DNA from: Piedraia hortae CBS 480.64
Taxonomy: Eukaryota
NCBI GenBank assembly: GCA_010093745.1
Contig: MU006008.1
Span: 1 to 45,101 of the forward strand
Length of the DNA stretch: 45,101 nt
Reading direction: 5' to 3'
A program made the translations under genes and the position numbers. Below are positions 22,181 through 35,503 of the stretch, one piece after another. Position 1 is the stretch's first letter. Every line of letters begins with the position of its first letter. The notes under the pieces are model-generated. The model was given only the letters and a program-made list of their open reading frames with translations. It was not told the DNA's origin and searched no databases.

Positions 22181-25100
22181 CTACGCCTTATCCTCTGGTG
22201 TAGGCTGAAGAATCGTCTGCATCGAAGCCAAATCCTCCACAGTCTCGTTAAATGCCCTTTGGGCCTCGCGAATAACGAGGTTCCTGTCCCATAGACCGCG
22301 TGACTCCCAGATAGCCGTCATCATCGCCGCATTAATCTGTTCAAGTTGATCCACCGACATTCCGCTGCTTCGTCTGGTAAGTTCCATATGGAAGTTTTCA
22401 AGGTAAGTTGCGTCCATTTCATAACGCTCGTTTCCGGGCTCTGGGTTCAGCAGAGCCGACAACCTGTTGGCTGGTAAACCCGGCGGCGGCATCGTCTGCG
22501 AAAGATTGGAATGCGAAGACGACTGGGGCTGCTCCTGCGTGTCCGGCAACGGATCACCGTCTGCCACAGACTCCATTGCAGCAAAATTCGGATGTGACCG
22601 GGTCAGCCCATTAGACATGCCCGAACTCCTAGTCTTATTCCCGGAGGTGGTAGTCGACGCGCTGTTATGGTACTGCTCGGCTTGGGAGCCTTGGGCGAGC
22701 TGCGTGTGCACTCCCCTCTGTGACCGGGCTGCTTGTTGCGTCTCCTCTACTTGTTCAGCACCAGGCTTAGAGCTGGAACGTGGAGTGGAAGGCACCGCCA
22801 GTTGTCTGCCTGGAACCTGCTGACCCAAAACAACCGGGCCTGAGTCATCCGTCGTTTTGGACGACTCTGGCGGAACGTTTTGCACCACAACGGGCACATC
22901 CTCGCCAGTTTTCTGAGCCTCTTGGGCCTTTTGCGCTTGCTCCTTTTCGCGCTCGAGCTCACGTCTGTACACGGCTTCACACTCCGCCACGAGCGCAGGC
23001 TGCTGCTGCTCCAGCATAGCCATGTCAACTTCGACGTTAGCCAGCAACTCATTGGCTTTCAAGGTGCGGTCCGCATCCCCAGAAACCTTGGCATCCTTGG
23101 CAAGTCGCTTGATGTCCGCCAGGAAATCCTTTGGACGCTTGTAGTAGCCGTTGGACAGCCTCTTCTCAATCGTCACAATCTCAAGGTTGTAGTAGAACTT
23201 GCCCGTGACAACTTCCTTTAGGCCCAGCACGCCCTTTTCGTCCTTGTCAAGTTCGTACGGGCGAGACGGCTGTTCCTGGCCTTCTAAGACTCCCGTTTCC
23301 GCCGCTCCGTCCTCGTAAAGATAGCCAATCAAGCTGTCATCAACCACGGGCGTCCTGAACTTCCGATACTTGACTTTGATGTGGTCCATGACCGACTGGA
23401 TCTGCAACTTGAGCATGTTAAGCGTTTGTCGGTCTTTTTTCTTCTGAGCCTTTTGTTCCATCTTGTTCGGGCCCTGCTTGGGGACATTTTGCTCTTCGGC
23501 CACTGGAAGTTCTGCCAACTTACGCTTCTTCCGCGGCCCTGCATCGGGATAGTCGGTTGGACTCTTGCGGATGAGATCCACCACTTGCTGAAAGTACTCA
23601 TTACGCATGGGCTGCGATGGCTTATCGAGCTTGTAATGGTTCTTTTGAGAGTAGGGGAATAGCTCAGTCATCATCCTCTTATCGATTTCGTCATGAGCGT
23701 TTGGAAGGCGGTCCATTATGCCAAGCACGAGAATGGGATCGGTGGGAGCCAAGCTGTGTAGAAGGCCTGTAAAGGTTCGGATGGCGGACTCACTCATAGT
23801 GCTCCACCACAGGTCAACGCTTGGCAGATAGATGATGCTGGGTTTGTGCGTCTTGACCTCTTCAAATAGCTGGACAATTGCGGCTTCCGGTGACTGGAAG
23901 AGCTGTTAGTCCGCGAACGAACAGACGAGGACCGATCACTTACCCTGCCAGAGTCTTGCATTAGCACTGCCAAGCCAAAGTTCTGTACATGAATCCCCTC
24001 CAGCTTGCTGAGGAGAGCCGCACCAAGATGCTGCTGACCCATGCCAGGAAGGCCCGAGATGAGCAGCCGCGGGCGAAAGACTCGCGAGGCTTCAAACTGC
24101 CGCAACATGGCCTCCCGGGCAAAGCCTCTATCGTCTTCACGGTCATCATACATTGCCTCTTCCAATGCTGAGATCTTGCGCTTTCGCGGCAGCACCTCCC
24201 CTACACGGTCAGTGACATGCACCAGCTGCTGCCTAAGAAGCGGCTCGATATCTTTAGGCAGAGCCGCAGCTGTCGACGCAGCCGATCGCTGAGACGACGG
24301 CACGATCTGGCTGACAGACAGCATAAAGTCTTTGGCGAGCACTTTGATCTGGCTGGGATCAATGACGAGCTTTTTATCGCTCGCATAGATTTGGGGAAAT
24401 GTGCCCTGCACGGCATTCAATGCTGCTTCGGTGCACAATGCACGCAGATCGGCACCGCCATAGCCTTTAGTCAGGTCGGCCAACTGGTCCTTGAATTCGG
24501 GACGAAGCGGAGGATCCCATCCCTTGGTGTGAATGTCTAGAATCGCCCGTCTGGCTTTCACGTCTGGCAGGGGAAAGTAGAACTCCCGATCAAAACGTCC
24601 GGGACGACGCAGAGCGGGATCAACAGCATCAGGTCGGTTGGTGGCACCAATGACGATGACCTGACCCCGACCGTCCATGCCGTCCATGAGGGCCAGCAGA
24701 GTAGCCACGATCGAGGCATGGATCTGCTCTTGTTTACTAGAGCGAACAGGGGCCAGACCGTCGATCTCATCAAAGAAGATGATGCTGGGTTGGTTCTTGC
24801 GGGCTTCTTCGAACAGCAGACGCAGTTGCTTTTCCGCCTCACCCACCCATTTACTGAGCGTATCGGCGCCCTTACGCATATAAAACGTTACCTTCTTGCC
24901 TTCGGAGCTGACACTGGCAGCCAGGGCGCGGGCCAGTAGCGTCTTGCCAGTGCCAGGAGGGCCGTGGAACAAGACTCCACGAGGCGGTGTGACTTTGAAC
25001 CGCTGATATATCTCTGGGTAAAGCAGAGGCAAGGCCACCATCTCCTTTACCCGATCGATGTGGTTCTCCAGACCGCCGACTCCCTCGAAACTAACGTTGG

Positions 25101-26946
25101 TGTCGACACCGAGAGGATCCGCATCGGCAAGAGCTTTCCTATCCTTGACCTTACCAAGGTTCGGTGGCCCTCCTCCCACGCCCTGAACGGCATCAGAGAA
25201 AAGTGGGGAAGCGAATTGGGCTCCTGTAGCACCGGCTGCGAGGCCCCTAGCTCCCAGCTCATCGTCGCTGCTGTCAGAATCAACGCCAGCGGTTGCAAGA
25301 GCGCCGTCTGGACCACCAAGCACCGGCTGAGGACCTCCAGCGCCTCCAAAGGGTCCAAATGTGGAGAATAAAGTGCGGTAAGCGCCAGCTCCGCCACGAC
25401 GTCCACGCCCGCCGCCCGTAGCTGCAGCCGTGGTTGCAGCTGCAGGAGCATCGTCGTCTTCCAAGGGGAGGAGGAGCTCGGGGCGTAGAATCCTATAGTC
25501 TGGCCTGTTGCCACGCCGTCGGAGGTTGGGTTCTAGACGCAACTCGTGCTGAGTATTGCTCTTACGTGTGCGCCTGTTGCGGCGACGGTCAGCCTCTAGG
25601 TCGGCCACTTCGTCCGCGATCTCTTCCAGATCGATTTCATCCTCGTCAGACTTGCGAGACGAGGCCCGGGCGCCAGATTTGCGTGCTATGCGACCAGAAC
25701 GCCTGCCCGACTGACTTGCTGCGGTACTAGCGCTCCTCTGGCTGGGTCGGACCACATCGGAGCCCGATTCGTCTTCATCTCCGTCATTGTCGCCCTCTGG
25801 ATCCGGCTCAAAGTCGCTGCTCTGGGCACCTGACGCTTTGCGAGCGCGCAGACGAGCACTAGTCCTCGACGGCTGAGAGTTAGACGACAACGGAGTTTTG
25901 CGGCGCCATTCACGCTGCCTGCCGCTCTTGGTCACAGGCCCTTCGTCTTCTTCGTTTTCATCCGCAGACTCCTGCACAACAGGCTCCGCCTCGCCCTCAA
26001 CGGTGATATCCTCAGCCGCCGCGTCACTCGACGACGCCACTTCGGCCAGAGCTTCCTCTACCTGGGCTTCTGGTTCTTGCGGAGCGGCTTCAACAGTCGC
26101 CGGCGTCTCTGGGGCCTCTTCCCGTGTCACCTCCTTGGTAGCAGCAGGTTCGCCTCCAACCGCCGCCGTTTGGGAGTCTTCGTCTGAAGCCTCCACAATA
26201 GTCTCAACCGGGGGCTGCTTTAGGCCGCGGCCTCTGCCGGTCTTTTGAGCAGATGGCACCGACTCTGGTGTTTTTGATACATGGCGTTCGCCCTGCATCT
26301 CCACCGCATCGTGTGGCCCGTAGTTTGTGAGCGCAACTAGCGGTTCAATTTCCTCGTGTGCAATACGGCTGCTGCGTCTCATGCCCACAAGGGTCTGCGA
26401 CTGAGGCGTGCGTGAGCGCTTGGTGTTGGCATTCTTCTTCACAACTCCCTTTGGTCCAATGCTTCCTTTGGGCACCTTGAGCGTCACAATCAGAGATTTC
26501 CTGGTTCCCGGGAATCTACGACTAGTGGCAGGCTTCTTCATCGCCGACTTGGCGCGGCCTTGAGGCACCTCAGCGTCACTAGATTCATTATATCGCACAG
26601 GCTTCTTTGTCGTTGAGCGTACGCTACGGCCGGTTCTGGGGTTGATCTCGACCTCGGCGCTTGAATCAGAAAACGACAAGTCGTCGGAGCTCTCAACGCT
26701 GTCGGCCTCCACCTCACCCTCGCTGTCGGCATATGTTTGGCGCCGCTTCTTGGTCGGCCGGCGCGATGCTGCCTTCTTCTTGGGCTTGCCCCATCCCGAA
26801 GGCCTTGCGGGGGAAACTGCAGCTTCATCAAAGTCTAGATCCTCAGGATCGCTGGCGTTGGGATCGAAATCCTTTGCTTGTCAGCCCAGCCAAAAAGACG
26901 CGCCGGAAACACTTACATCGATCTTCCGCTTAGCACGGTTCACCAT
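22181..26946 (-). CDS. YTA7: AAA+ ATPase/bromodomain histone chaperone Yta7/ATAD2; introns 26872-26916 and 23894-23943
   Basis: GPPGTGKT Walker A, FFDEIDGLAPVRSSKQEQIH, second degenerate AAA domain and bromodomain-like IEKRLSNGYY. Spliced N-terminus MVNRAKRKIDDFDPNASD. Confidence 0.95.
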
Positions 26947-29507
26947 TATGCATGTGATGTCCTGCCCTTGCCGGTGCAAACAGAATTACGAGTGTGATTT
27001 GAACGTTTTGCTTGATGCGCAAGGCTGTCCGTTCGCAACAGGGGAGTTGGGTCGTTGAGACAATCGCGTTAACGCAGACCAATTCAGAAACGTAATACAA
27101 GACTTTTGCGCCCAAGTTTGAAGCGGATTAAGCTGAAATGAATTGGCAGTGATGTGTTGTGAGGAGATGCTGGAGAGCAACGCGCCTTGGGATTTGATAT
27201 GTCAAATTCCGCACTTAACCCAAATAAGAAAAGCGGGCCACGCGCCCCCCGACCGGCGCATGAAATCGCAACGGAAACGCGATACTCAACCAGCGTCTTG
27301 TTTTCAACTGTAGAGGCCCGGTTATGTTTGCATCTGGGTCGCGAGAACTAGTTAATGGTATAAATCTCAAAATTTCAGCATTTTCTGCCGTCTCATGACA
27401 TTTGCGACAGCAAAACAGTCAACGCCGTGTTCTCGATAGGTTGCCATTAGAGGGATTCCCCCGCGCGTGTTCCTGAGCTTGTTCTGACTTCACTTGTTCT
27501 CGTGGTCAGATTCAATTGGGAATTTCCGACACTCAACCAACCCCAACCACCTTGAAGTCGTTATTTTCAACATTTTGCTCTGGTTACTGCTTGATTTACT
27601 TTAGTTTGTTGTCCCTTGTCCTGAAGGATGCGGTTCGGAGGGAAACAGTACGATCTTAAATGTTCTTTTGTCAGTCTCTGCTCCCTTTTACGAAAATGAA
27701 TTACAAGAGCAATCTGTGACTGTGTAGAGAGCATCGATCAACACCGTTGTGCGAACTGGCTTGAACTGGTCTATTCCATCTTGCATTGCGGGTGCGGTTG
27801 GTGTTAGACTTTTTTTATGAGTGGATCCGTTTACGAGTACGTAGATTGTAATGAAACAACGGTCCTACCAAATGTATCAAACATATATCCATGGCAAACT
27901 CAGCAGAGACCACTGAGCAGTCAAACCCTGTAGGACATCTGATCATTCCCAACGCCTATCAGTCTGTAGGCCATTCCCATACGACCTTTTGTGTGCAAAC
28001 GGAGACGTGTTTCCACGAGTTAAGTGTGCTTCTGTTCTTCCTACAAAACTCGCATGACCGCTTTGAATGCCACCCACCTGCCTGGTTGCGCGGTTCCCTG
28101 GAAGCTGGGCCGGGTATGTCTTCATTGGAGCATGCTCGCCTTCGAACATGCTCCAATGGTTGATCCAGTTCAGCCGTCAATATTCAACCAGTTTCGGGAC
28201 AATGTATATCTCTCAGCAGAGGTGTCCGTCACAGACATAGCCGATCCATGACCTACTAACTTATTGGATCTCCATGAACAGAGAAGTCGGGCATGTGCCG
28301 CAGGTCTTTTATCAGCCATTGCCGTCATGTTGTTCCGCGTCACTGAATCATCGGGCTTGACGCAGGTCGACAGTTGTCGCGTGGTCTTCATAACCGAGAC
28401 CTCAATCATCCACTTTGCCAATCGGCCGCGATCAAACGCAGCCTTTGCTCAAAGGTTGACCTGCTGCCATGCCGACTAATTTGCATACTCCAGACGCAAA
28501 GTCTACGCCCAGGCTTCGTATTCTTCAGGAGTTGCACTGTTACGGCCACAGTCTGATCGCCATGGTGCCACTCCGCGGAGAACAGAGTAGTTGTATATCC
28601 GAACAACAACCTTATAGCCCGTCCCGTTCAGTGTCTTCCCGGAGGGATTCTGATGGCCGGATGATGCTTCCCAAATCGACCTCGTCATGACTCGGACACT
28701 AGCGATCCACTTCATGTCGACGTCAAGAGTGTCGATCTTCTTGAAGTCGTTCAGAAGGTCTCTATTGGATAGAGGATCACATTCCTCATTAACGTTTGTT
28801 GGCCCTATAAACGGGCTGTACGGCATTTCCTGGGCACAGCCAGATGGACCGACCATCTCAGACAGTCAGACACCCTATAGACGTGAAGGGCAAGCTGGAC
28901 TGGTGTTTGGGAGTTCACCAGTCCAATAAGATCCAGCTTGGCCTCACTCGAGAGCTGGTTACATGCACGCACCTTGTCAGCCCCAAGACGAAAGCATCCA
29001 CACAGTTGACATTCACACCAAACATTGATTCTGGCATCCATTACAGCTAAAGTACCGTGAATGCATGTCGTGCAACTTTACACTTCGTACAGAGAACAAA
29101 GTATGATGTGGCTTATCTACGAGATTACTGGGTTGTATTGCAGATGGCCAACATATTCAAGCTGGCTTCAGCTCCGAGTGGCAGTACATGTAACACAGAT
29201 AATGATAGCCATGTGTAAGAAGCAGCTGGTTGTAAACGGTCGGGTCGAGTTGGACGTTTCCTGGGTCAGCTCGGCCGGCCCGATCCGATGCACTCGCGCG
29301 GCAGGGTTTCCAGGGGCGCCAAAGTAATTTCCAACGCCGCTCCACAGCCGTTGACCACACGCTGCACCCACCCACTCTCGCTTTCAGCATCAGTCGCTCA
29401 CTGCCATCATTATCTCGAGCGTTTTTCTCGTCGTGTCCAGCGTTCATCCTCCCTCGAACACCTAGCGACATCACCATTCCCGCAGCCACAGCCACAGCCG
29501 CATCCAG

Positions 29508-31703
29508 ATGGCTTCGACGGTTGTGAAGGTAAAGGAGTCGCTCCTTGGCTTCGATTCCGACGCCGGCTCCGAGGCCCGCAGGAGCTTCCAAAAACATTGT
29601 GTGGTTGACGAGTCCACCGGCCAGGAGTTTCTGTCGGAAGATGCCTTTGTCGACGCCATCGCGCCGGCGGGCGAGGACTTCCGCAAGATCAAAAGATCGC
29701 AGTATGCGATCCTTTTCGACGTCGCGGACCGCGGTCGCACCGATAGAGTCACCCTCGAGGACTGGCTCGTCTTCAACGACCTGCTCCAAAAGCCCGATGC
29801 CGACTACGAAATCGCCTTCCGCGTTTTTGCGGTATGTTGCGTCAGTAATGTGACTGAGGCCAAGCTGACACAGTTTCAGGACCCTCGAACCGGCCAAGTA
29901 GACGTCGACACCTTCAAGGAGACGATCGGCGCCAACAAGTCCCGCCAAAGCGTCAGCTTCGACTGGGACGGTCACTGGGCGGCCTTGTACCTTGGTGACA
30001 AGAAGCATCGCCACCCGATGACCTACCCCCAGTTCGCGCAGATGCTGCGGGCGCTGCAGGGCGAGCGCGTCCGGCAAGCCTTTCTTCACTACGACAAGAA
30101 TGGAGATGGCTACATCGAACCCGCGGACTTCCAGACGATCATCCAGGAGACGGCCGCGCACAAGCTCTCGGACCATCTCTTGGCAAGCCTCCCTTCGCTC
30201 TGCAACATCTCGCCGGGCTCGAAGATCAGTTACGCCAACGTCCGTGCCTTCCTGAATGTCATTCGGGATATGGACTTGGTGGAGCTGATAATCCGCAACG
30301 CCGTGGGCCGCTCCCCCGACGGCAAGATCACCCGGCACGACTTCCTGGACGAGGCGGCCCGAGTCACCCGCTTCTCCCACTTTACCCCGATGGAGGCCGA
30401 CATCCTGTTCCACTTCGCATCCCTCGACCAACCCGCCGGCCGTCTGGGGCTGATGGATTTCGCGCGCGTCTTGGACCCGAGCTGGCATTCGTCCGGCAGC
30501 CGGTTCACCGACACCGGCGGCATCTCGACCGTGGCAGAAAAGGCCGTTGCTGGCACGACGACGGTGCTGGGAAGCCTGCTCGTCTCGCTCCACCACTTCG
30601 GTCTGGGGGCCATCGCTGGTGCCTTTGGTGCCTTCATGGTCTATCCCATTGACCTGGTCAAGACCCGGATGCAAAACCAGCGCCAGTCCCGCGTCGGCCA
30701 GCTCCTGTACAAGAACAGCATCGACTGTTTCTCCAAGGTGCTGCGCAACGAGGGCGCGCGCGGCCTGTACTCGGGCGTGCTGCCGCAGCTAATCGGCGTG
30801 GCCCCGGAGAAGGCCATCAAGCTGACGGTCAACGACCTCGTGCGCGGCAAGTTCACGGAGCCGACAACCGGCCGCATCCCGCTCTGGGCCGAGCTGCTGG
30901 CGGGTGGCTCTGCGGGGGGCGCCCAGGTCATTTTTACCAACCCCCTCGAGATAGTAAAGATTCGCCTGCAGGTGCAGGGGGAGGCAGCAAAGGCTGCGGC
31001 CCGTGAGGGCGAAGAATTTACGAAGCGGTCCGCCATGTGGATCGTCCGCCACCTGGGCCTGATGGGCCTGTACAAGGGTGCGTCCGCCTGTCTCCTCCGG
31101 GACGTCCCCTTCTCGGCCATCTATTTCCCCGCATACAGCCACCTCAAGCGCGACATGTTCGGGGAAAGCCCGGCCAAGAAGCTCGGCGTGTTGCAGCTGC
31201 TCACAGCCGCAGCCATTGCGGGCATGCCCGCCGCGTACCTAACCACTCCCTGCGACGTCATCAAAACCCGCCTGCAGGTTGAAGCCCGCAAGGGCGACAC
31301 ATCATACAACGGACTCCGCGACGCCGCCGTCAAGGTGTTCCGCGAGGAGGGCGCCCGCGCCTTCTTCAAAGGCGGTGTTGCGCGTGTTGTTCGTTCCTCG
31401 CCGCAGTTCGGCTTCACCCTGGCTGCGTACGAAGTCCTCCAGAACGCGCTGCCAATGCCCGGTCACGAAACAGCCCCGCATGCACCCACCCCGAGCCAGT
31501 CAATTCCCGGGTTGCAGGAAGCCCGCACGCCGCTTCCCTACCTTCGCAGCAGAAACGCCCTCCAGATCATTCTGGACCTCGACCTCGGCTTCAGCAGGCT
31601 GAAGAAGCCAGACGGTGCGGCCACTGGCCACACGTGGCTGCCCAAGTTCCGGTCCGCCGCGCCCGCCGCGCCCGTTACAGCGGCGGAAGAGCCCCGAGAG
31701 TAA
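29508..31703 (+). CDS. AGC1: Calcium-binding mitochondrial aspartate/glutamate carrier (Aralar/citrin); in-frame intron 29832-29879
   Basis: EF-hands (YDKNGDGYIE) followed by three carrier repeats (YPIDLVKTRMQ, NPLEIVKIRLQ, TPCDVIKTRLQ). Confidence 0.95.
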   Translation: MASTVVKVKESLLGFDSDAGSEARRSFQKHCVVDESTGQEFLSEDAFVDAIAPAGEDFRKIKRSQYAILFDVADRGRTDRVTLEDWLVFNDLLQKPDADYEIAFRVFAVCCVSNVTEAKLTQFQDPRTGQVDVDTFKETIGANKSRQSVSFDWDGHWAALYLGDKKHRHPMTYPQFAQMLRALQGERVRQAFLHYDKNGDGYIEPADFQTIIQETAAHKLSDHLLASLPSLCNISPGSKISYANVRAFLNVIRDMDLVELIIRNAVGRSPDGKITRHDFLDEAARVTRFSHFTPMEADILFHFASLDQPAGRLGLMDFARVLDPSWHSSGSRFTDTGGISTVAEKAVAGTTTVLGSLLVSLHHFGLGAIAGAFGAFMVYPIDLVKTRMQNQRQSRVGQLLYKNSIDCFSKVLRNEGARGLYSGVLPQLIGVAPEKAIKLTVNDLVRGKFTEPTTGRIPLWAELLAGGSAGGAQVIFTNPLEIVKIRLQVQGEAAKAAAREGEEFTKRSAMWIVRHLGLMGLYKGASACLLRDVPFSAIYFPAYSHLKRDMFGESPAKKLGVLQLLTAAAIAGMPAAYLTTPCDVIKTRLQVEARKGDTSYNGLRDAAVKVFREEGARAFFKGGVARVVRSSPQFGFTLAAYEVLQNALPMPGHETAPHAPTPSQSIPGLQEARTPLPYLRSRNALQIILDLDLGFSRLKKPDGAATGHTWLPKFRSAAPAAPVTAAEEPRE

Positions 31704-31911
31704 TGCCTGTACACTAATGGGAGGAATTCGCATTCATAGACATGGTGACTGTGTGTATAATTGGGTTTAGCGCCATCATTAACCACCTTTCCTGGCAAGT
31801 ATTGCCTCTTAATGACGCTCGTTAATCCTAAGGACCCAAAGAATATAGAAATCTCGTTGCCATACTGTGCGTATCACCTGACACACAACCAGAGGTCATG
31901 CTGTAGGATTC

Positions 31912-32632
31912 TTAGACGTACTGCGAGAGCCAACGAATACCTTCCCCGTAGCCCTGTCTCATGACGACCGAACACATAAAAACCTCAATCGGCCGGATTC
32001 CTTGAAGGGGCACCTTACCCTTTCCAGCTACAGCTCCCGTCAGCAACAAAACCCCTCCCAGGGTAAAACCAACTCACTGGTATGAAACAAATTCAGCTCA
32101 TGACGAAGCTGTTCCTCGGACACGGCGGAGGGATTATCGATTTTATTCCCCAGAATCAAAAAAGGAGTCTTCTCCAACTCCTCCATACTCAACAACGCCG
32201 TTAGTTCGGCTTTGCTTTCCTCGAACCTCTCATGATCCATTGCATCCACGAGGAAGACGACCCCCGAAACATCGGGAAAGTAATCCTTCCAGAGTCGACG
32301 GGCTTGCTGGTGGCCTCCGAGGTCGAATGTGGTGAAGCGACAGTTTCCAACTGCGAGCTCTTCGCTGGTAGGGTGGAGGGTAGGCTGCAGGAGCGCTACG
32401 CGGTCGTTTTTGAGCATGTGGAGCAACTACTTCGTGTTAGAGGGGAAGGAGGGGGGAGGAGGGGGGAAATGTCGTACGGTTGTTTTGCCGGCATTGTCGA
32501 GGCCAAGGAAGAGGAGCTTCGCGTGCTTGTTCGCGAGTCCGAGCTGGGCTAAAACGTCCCAGACTGGGGTGGTTAGTTTTTTTTCGAGACGCTCGTGGGT
32601 TGGGTGCACGTACACCAGTCGAGGATCCACAT
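31912..32632 (-). CDS. SAR1: Small COPII GTPase Sar1; introns 32564-32613, 32427-32477, 32028-32077
   Basis: [43 protein letters not shown]-terminal [13 protein letters not shown]. Confidence 0.97.
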
Positions 32633-32903
32633 CTTTCGTCGGGGAGATTCGCTTTGTCTATCCCAGGGTGCGTGTCTCTTGTGCTGAAATTCAACAGTCG
32701 TACAAGCGTAAGCGTTCTGTCGCCGCAAAAGGGTGCAAAGGGAAGTGTCGTTACCGGACTTGGTGGGGCAGGCGGGTGCTCCCGTCCGGGTCCCACCCTC
32801 AGGGTTGCGCTTGTGATGGTGACAAATGTACCGTGTTGTATTTGCTACATCCCAAGCACCATGCGCCTACAAAGAAAAAAACAACGGCTCTCATTCTCGT
32901 TTC

Positions 32904-33721
32904 TCAACAGTTGCACCCGGATCCAGCCCCTGCACCTCCTGCTTCTTGTCGATTGCCCAAATCCACACCGCCCGGCCTTCCCGCTGCCCCGCGCAGATTC
33001 CTCTGGCTCGCCTGCTCAATTGGTAGCTTCTTTGCAATCGCGGTAAACAGTTCCTTCACATTCTCAGCCGTCTTGGCCGAAGTCTCAAAGAACAGTAGGC
33101 TTGATTCCCGTGCGTAGCTCTCCGCATCGGCTGTCGCCACAGCCCTCTTGTCCGGCTGCTCTGTGACAAGATCGAGTTTGTTTCCGGCAAGCGCAATGAC
33201 AATGTTCTCGTTAGCCTGCCGCTGCAACTCCTTTACCCAAGATTTGGCTTTGTCTAGAGAGCTCTGGTTCAAATCAGTAAACGTTTTCCTCGCCTCGTGG
33301 GTTGACTAACCGCCTGCGTGATGTCGTAGACGACGACGGCACAGTTGGCGTTTCTGTAGTACATTGGGGCAAGGCTTTTGTAGCGCTCCTGTCCAGCAGT
33401 GTCCCAAATCTCAAATTTGACAGTCGTTTGGTCGTCTAGGGCGATCGTTTGGGTGAGAAAGGCTGCGCCAATGGTAGACTCTCTGTAGTCGTCGAATTGG
33501 TCCTGAATTGGGTGAGCATGTGTACAATAGGCCATGATGAGGAACGTACCTTGACGAAGCGAAGCACCAACGATGATTTTCCCACTGCAGATTCGCCTTC
33601 ACGCTCAGTTAGTCGCTCCCTTATCTCCTGTGTCGGCCGAGACCTTACCCAGTAGCACCAGCTTGAACTGGGCGAACCTGGCAGCGCCGGGGCGGGCACC
33701 AGGCTGAGCGCGAGTCGCCAT
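32904..33721 (-). CDS. YPT52: Rab5-family endosomal GTPase (Ypt52/RabB-like), three short introns
   Basis: [38 protein letters not shown] and C-terminal CNC prenylation motif. Confidence 0.93.
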
Positions 33722-33876
33722 TATAGGGAGTAAGTGTCAAGTGAAACCGGTGGCTGTCTGTAGAAAGAGGCGATTGATGTTCCCCAAACGGCCGACGTCC
33801 AAATGACGCAGCCACGGATCTAGCCGCATCGGGAAATCCCAAGAATTTGTGAACCGACACGACCGCGAACCACACA

Positions 33877-34478
33877 ATGTCCGACGATGGCGACGATGCG
33901 CCCATGCGCGAGTTTGGCGACAACGAGTGAGTCGCGTCTTTCTGCTTCACCTGCAATGCTTACACATTCAGGGAATTTGAGGATAATCTGATCGATGAGG
34001 AGGATTTCGTGGACAATTACGAAGAGCAAGACGGAGCAGGAGACGCGGAGAACGACGCCAACGAACAGCCAAATGGCACCACCAAACAGCTGGATAGCAC
34101 CGATTTCGATAATGTCGTGGCCATTGATGCTGGGGGACAGACGCAGCGCGACCTCAATAGCGTCAGGGGAATCAAGAGCAAGAAGATTCCGAATAACAAA
34201 CGCACAACGACTCCCTACATGACAAAGTATGAGAGGGCGCGCATCCTGGGCACTAGGGCGTTGCAGATTAGGTGAGACAAACCCCTTCAACGTGGCGCTG
34301 GCGGAGCTAACCAGTGGACAGCATGAATGCCCCCGTTCTGGTTGACGTTGAGGGAGAGACGGATCCGCTCGCAATCGCCATCAAGGAGCTGCGGGAGAAG
34401 AAGGTTCCGTTGGTGGTCAGGCGGTATCTTCCCGACGGCTGCTACGAAGACTGGACGTGTGAAGAGCTGCTGACCTGA
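33877..34478 (+). CDS. RPB6: RNA polymerase I/II/III common subunit Rpb6 (RPABC2); introns 33927-33971 and 34272-34321
   Basis: Acidic N-terminus, [38 protein letters not shown]. Confidence 0.97.
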
Positions 34479-34608
34479 TGAGGGGCAGTTGAATCATTTT
34501 AGCGGGGCGCTCAATGGATAAAACCTAACCCTACATGCTGGTGACGATGTTGACGAAACCGACTGTTGCCACTGAAATATTTCCCTTTCATTGCCATCAG
34601 TCTCCAAA

Positions 34609-35503
34609 ATGCCCTTCGAAACAACTGCAGCAATCACAAGTTTCGGAGGTAAGCTACTGAAGCTTGCCCATCAGGTAATCACAACTGCAGATTGTTTGAT
34701 TCTGGTTAATGTTTTAGGCAAAATCAACTTCTTGCCAGATGAAACTGAACCTCTATGTGCCCCCTCAAGCCTCTGCTTCGACGCCTGTTCCTGTTCTCTT
34801 TTATCTTGCAGGACTGACTTGCACTGGTGACAACGGTGCGGAAAAAGGATTCTTTCAACATGCAGCTTCCAAAAAGGGAATTGCTGTAGTCTACCCTGAT
34901 ACCAGTCCTCGTGGACTTGGTATAGCTGGGGAAGATGACAGCTATGATTTTGGCAGTGGAGCTGGCTTCTACGTCGATGCCACCAAAGACCCGTGGAAAA
35001 AGGGATATCAAATGTACACTTACATTACGAAGGAGTTGCCAGAAGAGCTCTTGTCAAGCTTCAAAGAGCTTGACGGCAACCGAATGAGCATCACAGGTCA
35101 TAGCATGGGCGGCCATGGCGCCCTGACCCTCTTCCTTAAGAACCCTGGCAAGTACAAGTCGGTCTCGGCCTTGGCTCCCATCGCCAACCCGTCCCAGTGT
35201 CAGTGGGGGAAGAAGGCATTCGGTGGCTACTTTGGGGAAAATAACAAAGATGAGTGGGACAGTCATGATGCGACCAAACTCATTTCCAAGTTCCCAAACG
35301 ATACTGACATCTTAATTGATGTTGGCACAGGGGACAACTTTTATAAAGAAGGGCAGCTATTGCCGGAGAATTTCCAGGAGGCTGCGAAAAAGGCAGGCAA
35401 GGGGGTCAAGGTGCGGTATCAAGATGGATACGACCACAGCTACTATTTCATCTCGACTTTCGCGGATGACCATGTAGAGCATGCAGCCAAATACTTGATT
35501 TAG
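34609..35503 (+). CDS. S-formylglutathione hydrolase (esterase D); intron 34675-34717
   Basis: LAGLTC, PDTSPRG, GAGFYVDAT, GHSMGGHG, YDHSYYF motifs. Confidence 0.96.

Noticed and set aside
29157..30674. 505-aa minus-strand ORF
   Set aside because: Antisense shadow of the GC-rich AGC1 CDS; no motifs.
32329..33117. 262-aa plus-strand ORF
   Set aside because: Antisense to SAR1 and Rab5, crossing their introns and spacer; no protein features.
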